Of a stretch of DNA of 64,000 bases, positions 57,320 to 64,000 are shown piece by piece. Every line of letters starts with the position of its first letter. Position 1 is the stretch's first letter. The notes under the pieces are model-generated. The model had not been told where the DNA came from, did not search any database, and worked only from the letters and a program-made list of their open reading frames with translations. Made by a program: the position numbers and the translations under genes. Source of the stretch: Candidatus Binatia bacterium (GTDB lineage Bacteria; Desulfobacterota; Binatia; UBA9968; JAJDTQ01); contig OY762897.2 in NCBI GenBank assembly GCA_963666515.2, forward strand, positions 3,552,001 to 3,616,000, read 5' to 3'.

Positions 57320-58681
57320 ATGTCCGTGAATGAATCCCCAAGCGCAAACACGACAGGCGCGCAGGGTCTGTCTCGTCAGATCGCCGAGTTCACCGTGTCG
57401 CTGAGCCTGGACCGGCTGCCCGCCAACGTGGTGTCCAACGCCAAGCTTGCCGTTCTCGACTGTCTCGGCGTATCGGTTCTGGCCGCAGGGGAAGAGATCG
57501 GCGGCAAGCTGCTGCGATACGCACGCAACAACCTGGGACCGGGGTCCTGTACGGTTTGGGGCTCCGATCTGACGTTGAACCCGAGAGACGCCGCGCTGGT
57601 GAACGGGACTCTGGCGCATGGCCTCGATTTCGACGACAGGGGCCATGCCTCCACCTACACGCTGGCGGCTGCGTTGGCGGCCGGCGAAGGCTGCGGCGCG
57701 TCCGGAGCCAGGACCCTGGAGGCCTTCATCGCGGGTCGAGAGGCCATGATGACCCTGGAGCCGCTCTTCGCCAGACGAAGCAGCGGCATCGGGCCCGGCG
57801 CGCGGGGGTGGCACAGCAACGGAATCCTCGGCCCCATCGCCGCAGCCTGTGCCGCAAGCAAGGTCCTCGACCTCGATGTCCCGCAGACCCTCGCCGCGGT
57901 CGGCCTTGCCACCGGCTCGTGCGGGGCATTGACCAGGGACGGCGGGACCATGGCGAAGCCGTTTCGAGTCGGCCACGCCGCATCCGCGGGTCTCACCTGC
58001 GCGTACTTGGCCCGGGAAGGGTTCACCAGCGATGAGACGGCCATCGAAGCCCGCTACGGACTGCTGGATGCCGTCGGACCGCTGCAGGATGATATCCTGG
58101 AAGCGCTGGGCAGAGGACTCGGGACGGACTTCCGTCTCGGCAAAGAGGTCAAGCTGAAGCGTTTCGGCTCCTGCACCGCCACCCATGACGGGGTCGAGGC
58201 GATGCTGAGGTTGGTTCAGGAAAAGGGACTGCTGGAGGCTTCCGATGTAGATTTCATCGAATGCGACATGCACCCGTATCCGCTGGTGAGAATGCAGCCG
58301 GAACGGGGATTCGAGGGACGGTTCAGCATGGCCTACTGCCTCTCCCTGGCTCTGCTCTACGGGCAGTTGTATCCCGGGTACTTCACCGACGAACGAGCCC
58401 GGGATCCGGAGTTGAGGGACCTGCTCGGGCGTGTCCGCCATGTCCCGGGATCGGACTCGCTGGTGGTGCGGTTGAAGGACGGCACGACCGTGACCGAGCC
58501 TGTACGGACCCCGGCGGACCTGAAGGGGCGCGAAGCCGTGCTGAACAAGTTCAACGCCTGCGTAGAGAGGATTCTGCCGGAGGCTCAACGAACGGCCGTG
58601 CCGGAGATTGTGGACCGTCTGGAGGAAAGCCCGTCGGTCGCGCCGTTGATGGATGCGCTACGCCTCCAGCCGGGCGACTGA
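57320..58681 (+). CDS. MmgE/PrpD family protein
   Basis: AALVNGTLAHGLDFDD, GWH, KPF..G, RFSMAY. Confidence 0.9.
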   Translation: MSVNESPSANTTGAQGLSRQIAEFTVSLSLDRLPANVVSNAKLAVLDCLGVSVLAAGEEIGGKLLRYARNNLGPGSCTVWGSDLTLNPRDAALVNGTLAHGLDFDDRGHASTYTLAAALAAGEGCGASGARTLEAFIAGREAMMTLEPLFARRSSGIGPGARGWHSNGILGPIAAACAASKVLDLDVPQTLAAVGLATGSCGALTRDGGTMAKPFRVGHAASAGLTCAYLAREGFTSDETAIEARYGLLDAVGPLQDDILEALGRGLGTDFRLGKEVKLKRFGSCTATHDGVEAMLRLVQEKGLLEASDVDFIECDMHPYPLVRMQPERGFEGRFSMAYCLSLALLYGQLYPGYFTDERARDPELRDLLGRVRHVPGSDSLVVRLKDGTTVTEPVRTPADLKGREAVLNKFNACVERILPEAQRTAVPEIVDRLEESPSVAPLMDALRLQPGD

Positions 58682-58685
58682 AGAC

Positions 58686-59837
58686 TCAGGTGAGTCCATA
58701 GAAACCGGCGGCGTTGTCCCACGTGAGCTTTCGCTTCTTCGCATCGGACATGCCTTCGCACTGACGCTCCACCGCGTCCCTCGAGGTCGGCCAGGTGGCG
58801 CCGCCGTGCGGATAGTCACTCGCCCACATGACGTTGTCCAGCATGTCGAAGACTTCCGCTCCGAGAATGCCGGCGCGATCCTCCTGGAACGTCACGTAGA
58901 CTTGGCGTCGGATCATTTCACTGGGAAGCGCCGCGTCCCTCGACGCCACCGACGCCTCGGATTGGGCTCTTTTCAGGGCGCCGTCCATGCAGTTCATATA
59001 CGGAAGCACCCAGGACAGGTCATACTCCGCGAAAACGACTCGAAGCCGCGGATGATTCTGGAGCGCTCCGCCGAACGTCAACTCCGTGAGGAGCCCCAGA
59101 GGCTCCAGGATGCCGCGTCTCAACGAGTTCTGGCCCTGTTGAACCGGCGAGATGTTCTTGAGCCGCGCCCGCATCCTGTCCACGCCCTGCAGGATATTGA
59201 CGTGGATGTGGATCGGGAAATCCATGTCCTCGGCCTTGGTCCACAGCGGCTCGAATTCCGGATCCGCGTAGCTCATGCCCTCGGGCAGGCCCGACGGTAT
59301 GAGCACGCCCTTGTGACCCAACTTGGCGCAACGCTCCATCTCGTCCAGCGACCACTCCACGTCGAGTGCCGAAAGAATTCCCACGGCGAGAAGCCGGTCG
59401 GGCGCGAAGTTGGCGTACTCGATGATCCAGTCGTTGTAGGCTGTCAGGCCCGCTTTCTGCAGCTCCGTTTCCGCGCCCTTCAGGGAGAAGAAATTGCGCG
59501 CCATGCTCGGATAGAGCACCTCCGTCTTGACCCCGTCGAGGTCCATGTCGTGCAAACGCGCCGCCGGGTCCCAGGGGCCGCGCCAGCTTTCCCACGTGAA
59601 GTTCTCGATGACGTCGATGATCTTGCCGCCTTTGGCCTGCACCCCGGCGGTAAAGGTCATGCCGACCGGGTCGGGTTCGTGGCCATCGAAGACCATGTAG
59701 AGACCCTTCTTGCCCGGCGGGTCCTGGACGAAGTGAGGCCCGTGCTCACGGAGCCTTTTCGGTATTCGCTCCCAAGCCTCCGGCGGCTCGTTGACGTGGG
59801 AATCCGCTGAGAAGAATCTTGCCTCTTCCTGAGCCAT
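58686..59837 (-). CDS. Amidohydrolase_2 family metal-dependent hydrolase/decarboxylase
   Basis: SADSHVNEP, DMDLDGV, YNDW, HIH, WASDYPH. Confidence 0.9.
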   Translation of the reverse strand: MAQEEARFFSADSHVNEPPEAWERIPKRLREHGPHFVQDPPGKKGLYMVFDGHEPDPVGMTFTAGVQAKGGKIIDVIENFTWESWRGPWDPAARLHDMDLDGVKTEVLYPSMARNFFSLKGAETELQKAGLTAYNDWIIEYANFAPDRLLAVGILSALDVEWSLDEMERCAKLGHKGVLIPSGLPEGMSYADPEFEPLWTKAEDMDFPIHIHVNILQGVDRMRARLKNISPVQQGQNSLRRGILEPLGLLTELTFGGALQNHPRLRVVFAEYDLSWVLPYMNCMDGALKRAQSEASVASRDAALPSEMIRRQVYVTFQEDRAGILGAEVFDMLDNVMWASDYPHGGATWPTSRDAVERQCEGMSDAKKRKLTWDNAAGFYGLT

Positions 59838-59941
59838 ACCTTGCCTCCTCTGTTCTCAAAAGACCCACGGGAGAGTATCTATACGGGACAGGAGAGTATC
59901 CGTAACCTGTTCCCACTGTCAATCATGCGGATCGCGCGGCA

Positions 59942-61024
59942 ATGACACGGTTTTCCGTCACACTCAGGTCTTTCTGCTCCTGCATAGCAGCCTCTCTGTT
60001 GTTACTTTCGCCGGGGGCGGGGGCGGCGGCCTCCCTGGACGACGAGTACGTCACCTGGAAACGCCACTGGGCCGTCACCGGCACGAAGTTCGAGATCTCC
60101 GTCAAGCGGTTCCGTCTCAACAAGAACCTGCGGCACCCGCGGCCCGTCATCCTGATCCACGGCCTGCTGGTGGACAGCCGGTTCCTCGACTTCGGCGGGG
60201 CCAGCCTGGCCGAATACCTGGCCGAGGCAGGGTTCGACGTCTGGAACCTGTCGTTGCGGGGCACCGGCCGGAGCCTCAACCCGCTGGGTTGGGGCAACAA
60301 GCCCTGGACCCTCGACGACGTCCTGAAGGACGACCTTCCGGCAGTCATCGAATACGTCGGGAAGGTCACCGGGACGGCCGAAGTATTCGTGGTGGGCTAC
60401 GAGTTGGGCGGGGTGCTCGCCCTCGCCCACGTCGGCACGGCCGGGGAACACAAGGTGGCGGGAATCGTGAGCATCGCCGCGCCCATGTCCTTCGACAGCC
60501 GCGAGCAGGACCGGCTCGACATCCTGCTCAGGCTGGACCGCCAGCCGACGCTGCGGAAAGCGCTTCTCTACTGGAACTCGTCGGGGATGAACCGGTTGCT
60601 GTTCATGGTCCCCGGGTTCAGGGAGGTGTTCTACAACCCCAAAAACATGGACCCGCAGGTCGCGCAGCAACTGCTGGAAACCCTCCTGATCCCGGTCAAC
60701 CCCGGCGTCCTGGAGCAAGTGATCACGGCCGTGGACAAGGACGAGTTCGTGTCCGCGGACGGCGCCACGAGCTACCGGGACGCGCTGTCCAACGTCCGTA
60801 TCCCGGTGCTCCTGGTGGGAGGCGCAGCCGACCTCATCGCGCCGCCGGACGCGCTGAAGAAAGTCTACTCGGAGCTTGCCTCGGAGGAACGCGACCTGAT
60901 GATCTTCTGGTCGGACCCCGACGAGGACACGAGCTACGGACACTTCGACCTGATCCTCGGCCGGAAGGCAGAGAAAGAGGTCTTTCCGCTGATCCGGCGC
61001 TGGCTCGAACTGCAAGATCAATGA
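59942..61024 (+). CDS. Exported alpha/beta-hydrolase-fold protein with Glu at the nucleophile position
   Basis: Signal peptide, LIHG, GFDVW...RG, GYELGG, D, YGHFDL. Confidence 0.78.
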   Translation: MTRFSVTLRSFCSCIAASLLLLSPGAGAAASLDDEYVTWKRHWAVTGTKFEISVKRFRLNKNLRHPRPVILIHGLLVDSRFLDFGGASLAEYLAEAGFDVWNLSLRGTGRSLNPLGWGNKPWTLDDVLKDDLPAVIEYVGKVTGTAEVFVVGYELGGVLALAHVGTAGEHKVAGIVSIAAPMSFDSREQDRLDILLRLDRQPTLRKALLYWNSSGMNRLLFMVPGFREVFYNPKNMDPQVAQQLLETLLIPVNPGVLEQVITAVDKDEFVSADGATSYRDALSNVRIPVLLVGGAADLIAPPDALKKVYSELASEERDLMIFWSDPDEDTSYGHFDLILGRKAEKEVFPLIRRWLELQDQ

Positions 61025-61030
61025 ATGCGC

Positions 61031-61073
61031 CCCTTCGACAGGCTCAGGGCAGGCCTTTCGACTTCGCTCCGCT
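61031..61073. repeat. Intergenic palindromic repeat
   Basis: cccttcgacaggctcagggcaggcctttcgacttcgctccgct. Confidence 0.7.
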
Positions 61074-61106
61074 AAAGTTTGGCCGTCGCGCGCCGACTAT
61101 TCCTGT

Positions 61107-61883
61107 ATGGGCGAAGCGACGGCAACAGCGGCGCCGGAACTGGCGCGCGGGTTACTGCTCTTCTTCATCGGGTCCTGTCTCGGCAGCTTCCTGAACGTCT
61201 GCATCACCCGGCTTCCCGAGGGCGAGTCCGTGCTCGTCCCCGCGTCGCATTGCCGCTCGTGCAACGCCAGGATTCCGGCCTGGGCCATGGTCCCCCTGGT
61301 CGGTTACATCCTGTTGCGCGCGCACTGTGTCCACTGCGGAGTCCTCATCCCGCCGCGCTATTTTCTGGTCGAGCTGTGCGCCGCGGCCATGACGCTTGCG
61401 TGGCGCCGCCGGTTCGGCGCCGGCCCCCTCTTCGCCGTCCAGCTTTCCTTCGCCGGCGCTCTGCTGGCCGCGGCCGTCATCGACTTCGAGACCGGGATCA
61501 TTCCCGACGCCATCAGCGTCTACGGCACGGCCTGGGCCTTCGCCGTGTCCTGGTGCGCCCCGGCGCTCTCGATCCCGGACTGGCCGTCGCCGCTCAGCTC
61601 TCTCCTGGGCTCGCTGCTTGGCGGGGGCGTGCTGCTGGCCACGGCCCGGGCCTACCGCGCGGTGACCGGCCGGGACGGCCTCGGCGGCGGCGACATCAAG
61701 TTGTTGGCCATGATCGGCGCCTTCGCCGGCTGGGACGGCGTCCCCGGCATCCTGTTCCGTAGCGCTCTCGCGGGAACCCTCTGGGGCCTCGGGCTCATGG
61801 TCCTGCGGAAGGACGCGTCGCTGACGACTCCCTTGCCGTTCGCGCCGTTCCTGTGCCTGGGCGCCCTGCTGCGGACGACTTGA
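61107..61883 (+). CDS. pilD: Prepilin peptidase
   Basis: GSFLNVCI.RLP, CxxC...CxxC, ID, GGGDIKL, PFAPFL. Confidence 0.9.
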   Translation: MGEATATAAPELARGLLLFFIGSCLGSFLNVCITRLPEGESVLVPASHCRSCNARIPAWAMVPLVGYILLRAHCVHCGVLIPPRYFLVELCAAAMTLAWRRRFGAGPLFAVQLSFAGALLAAAVIDFETGIIPDAISVYGTAWAFAVSWCAPALSIPDWPSPLSSLLGSLLGGGVLLATARAYRAVTGRDGLGGGDIKLLAMIGAFAGWDGVPGILFRSALAGTLWGLGLMVLRKDASLTTPLPFAPFLCLGALLRTT

Positions 61884-61889
61884 GGACGG

Positions 61890-62357
61890 GTGACGCCGAT
61901 GTTGCGGGACCTCAGACAAACCGCCGGCTTCTCGCTGCTGGGCCAGCTCATCACCCTGACCCTGGCAGGCATCCTGATCGCCGTCGCCGTGCCCGGCTAC
62001 ATGAAGATCCTGCCCAGGCATCGGCTCAACGGCGCGGCGCGGCAGGTGGCGGCAGATCTCATGTGGGCGCGCATGAAGGCCATCCAGAGGAACAACCGGC
62101 ACCGGGTCTTCTTCCTCAACGACCGCGAGTACCGGATCCTCGACGACGCCGACAACGACGGCGCCGTGGACCCCGGCGAATGGACCGTTACCCGCAGCCT
62201 GCGGGAGGACTATCGGGACGTGGTGATGCGTTCCAACAACAACCCGATCTTCAGCCCCAGGGGTACGGCCAGCAGCCTGGCCACCATTACGCTGACCAAT
62301 GACGCCGGCGCGAAGCGCATCAGCATCAGCATTGCCGGGCGCGTGCGCATCCGGTGA
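61890..62357 (+). CDS. FimT/GspH-family minor pilin
   Basis: Class III signal G|FSLLG, ARMKAI, FSPRG, GRVR. Confidence 0.8.
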   Translation: MTPMLRDLRQTAGFSLLGQLITLTLAGILIAVAVPGYMKILPRHRLNGAARQVAADLMWARMKAIQRNNRHRVFFLNDREYRILDDADNDGAVDPGEWTVTRSLREDYRDVVMRSNNNPIFSPRGTASSLATITLTNDAGAKRISISIAGRVRIR

Positions 62358-62369
62358 AAGGGGCAGGCA

Positions 62370-62744
62370 ATGGCGCGGCTCCGTCCGTCCCGTGAGGGTT
62401 TTTCCATGATCGAACTGCTGGTGGCGATGCTGATCCTGTCGACGGGGCTGCTGGGCATCGGGCGTCTGACCATCGCGGTCATCGAGGGAAACACGAGGAG
62501 CCGGAACCACGGCGTCGCCACCCTGCTGGCCCAGGACCGGATCGAGGCCCTCAAGGGGCTCGGCGGGGGAAGCGTCGCTCCGACCACGGAGAACTACGGG
62601 ACGATGCCGGGGTTCCTCCACTACAAGCGCGTCACCGGCGTCCGGCACAACGTGCCCGAAGTCGGCTTGAGCACCGTCACCGTAACGGTTTACTGGGACG
62701 GGGATGCGCGGTCGTCCGCGTTGCAGACCGTGCTGCGCCGATGA
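62370..62744 (+). CDS. PilV-like minor pilin
   Basis: G|FSMIELLVAMLILS.GLLG. Confidence 0.82.
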   Translation: MARLRPSREGFSMIELLVAMLILSTGLLGIGRLTIAVIEGNTRSRNHGVATLLAQDRIEALKGLGGGSVAPTTENYGTMPGFLHYKRVTGVRHNVPEVGLSTVTVTVYWDGDARSSALQTVLRR

Positions 62745-63349
62745 AGCCGTCTCCATCCCTGCGCCGCCCTCCAGGGCGCCGGCGCGACTGGCGAGGGTTC
62801 ACCCTCATCGAGCTGCTGGTGGTCCTGTCGATCCAGGGGATACTGCTGGCAGCGGTGGTGGCGAGCTTTTCCGGCCAGCTCGCCGCCTACGACCTCCAGG
62901 AACAGCTCAACGCCATGCAGCAGAACGCCCGCGCGGCCATGACCCTGGTGGTCCGGGAGGCTCGGACCGCGGGCTACGATCCCACGCGGTCGGGGGTCGC
63001 CGGGATCATCTACCACCCTACCCGTCTGGTCATCAGGGCCGACCACAACGGCGACGGGGACGTGCTCGACCCCAACGAACGAGTCGCCTACTACCACGAC
63101 CCGAAGCGGCGGCAACTCAAGCGCAGCACCGGAGGCGGCGGGCAGCCCCTGGCCGAAGACGTGCAGGGCTTCACGGTGGAGCACCTCGACGCCGCCGGCA
63201 ACGCCACCACGGTGACCGCGCGGATCCGGCAGGTCCGCATCAGCGTGACGGCGAGGACCGGCAAACGGGACCCGCGCTACCCCCTGAACGGCGGCTACCG
63301 CACCCATACGGTACGCACGGTCGTGGCTCCCGCCAACCTGGGATTGTAG
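62741..63349 (+). CDS. PilW-like minor pilin
   Basis: G|FTLIELLV, QQNARAAM, R.AGY. Confidence 0.82.
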   Translation: MKPSPSLRRPPGRRRDWRGFTLIELLVVLSIQGILLAAVVASFSGQLAAYDLQEQLNAMQQNARAAMTLVVREARTAGYDPTRSGVAGIIYHPTRLVIRADHNGDGDVLDPNERVAYYHDPKRRQLKRSTGGGGQPLAEDVQGFTVEHLDAAGNATTVTARIRQVRISVTARTGKRDPRYPLNGGYRTHTVRTVVAPANLGL

Positions 63350-63389
63350 TCAACGGAGCATCCTTCCCCTCTCCCGAAGGGACAAGGGG

Positions 63390-63566
63390 CTATTGCGGTC
63401 GCGGCGGGTCGTCGCCGGGCCGGACCAGGACGTACTCGCAGCCCTGCTTCTCCGGGAGCTCCCGAAGCTGCGCGATGACCTCCGCCGCTTCCTCGCGCGA
63501 GTAGAAGAGCCCCACCGTGCTGGTCTCGCCGCCGGGCCGGCGCTCCTCGAGGTAGAACTTGTCCAC
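63390..63566 (-). CDS. Small hypothetical protein (58 aa, not in the ORF track)
   Basis: GTG start 9 bp after the upstream stop; host-like GC3 codons; MDKFYLEERRPGGETSTVGLFYSREEAAEVIAQLRELP... Confidence 0.55.
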   Translation of the reverse strand: MDKFYLEERRPGGETSTVGLFYSREEAAEVIAQLRELPEKQGCEYVLVRPGDDPPRPQ

Positions 63567-63575
63567 GGAAGGGGC

Positions 63576-64000
63576 TCAGTACTTGGGGGTCTTGTAGCCG
63601 ACCCGCTTGCGCTCCTTCATGAAGGTCTTGAAGGTGGTGCGGTGGCTGCGCACGTTGTAGGGGCAGACGTCCACGCACAGGTGGCAGTACTCGTCCCGCA
63701 GGCGGGAGTACGGGTAGCACTTCTCCAGGTCGATCAGCCAGCGCTTGACGCCGTCGGTGACCACGTGGTCCTCGGGGATCGCGTCGCCGGGGCAGTTCTG
63801 CATGCACACGTTGCAGTTCATGCAAAAGTCCTGGACGCCGAACTCGTGGGGCTCGTCCACGTCGAGCGGCAGGTCGGTGGTGACCATCCCGGGCCTGAAG
63901 TCCGCTCCGTACTTCTCGTTGATGAGGCTGCCGTGCCGGCCCAGCTCGCCGAACCCCACCTGGTAGAAGACCGGGATGGCCTGCACTTCCCGGACGCCGT
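63576..64000 (-). CDS. Reductive-dehalogenase/QueG-like protein with two [4Fe-4S] clusters, C-terminal part; truncated at window end
   Basis: GFGELGRHG, VTTDLPL, FCxxCxxCxxxCP, C...CxxCxxxCPY. Confidence 0.75.
   Translation of the reverse strand, partial: GVREVQAIPVFYQVGFGELGRHGSLINEKYGADFRPGMVTTDLPLDVDEPHEFGVQDFCMNCNVCMQNCPGDAIPEDHVVTDGVKRWLIDLEKCYPYSRLRDEYCHLCVDVCPYNVRSHRTTFKTFMKERKRVGYKTPKY

Noticed and set aside
63361-63391. CCCCTCTCCC-gaa-GGGACAAGGGG hairpin as a further repeat family
   Set aside because: Single imperfect copy in the window; it may simply be a terminator between convergent genes.

Overview
High-GC bacterial chromosome window. Gene content suggests a Deltaproteobacteria-like (possibly Binatia-type) host-associated organism; this is inference only. 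In order it contains: a dnaK(3' end)-dnaJ-lon-thiL-larB-archease-like-HD hydrolase run; a Zn/Mn uptake operon with a His/Asp-rich outer-membrane protein, plus a TMTC-like TPR gene and a Fur-family regulator; a thiolase-like/DUF35/UbiD block; an accessory patch (DUF4258 toxin-antitoxin pair, two AAA-DUF4143 genes, Smr protein); a stand-alone Mo-hydroxylase large subunit; a three-gene surface cluster (TbpB-barrel lipoprotein, Slam/DUF560 translocon, lipidated subtilase); Na+-decarboxylase subunits; a second DUF4258 pair; an aromatic-catabolic operon (ALDH, aryl-CoA ligase, aldolase, CoxMSL-like hydroxylase, ferritin-like diiron protein, crotonase) interrupted by a lower-GC Ppl plus Schlafen/AlbA defence insert; a TctBAC-MmgE block; a type IV minor-pilin cluster; and the 3' end of a reductive-dehalogenase-like gene. 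The best leads are: (1) a type XI secretion cargo-translocon-protease operon; (2) two duplicated gene 3' ends that bracket inserted DNA; (3) a different long palindrome at the start of each AAA-DUF4143 gene; (4) palindromic repeats translated in-frame inside enzymes; (5) a Box/Paa-like diiron catabolic operon. No rRNA, tRNA, CRISPR array, integrase or transposase gene was seen. All family calls come from motif recognition, not database searches.
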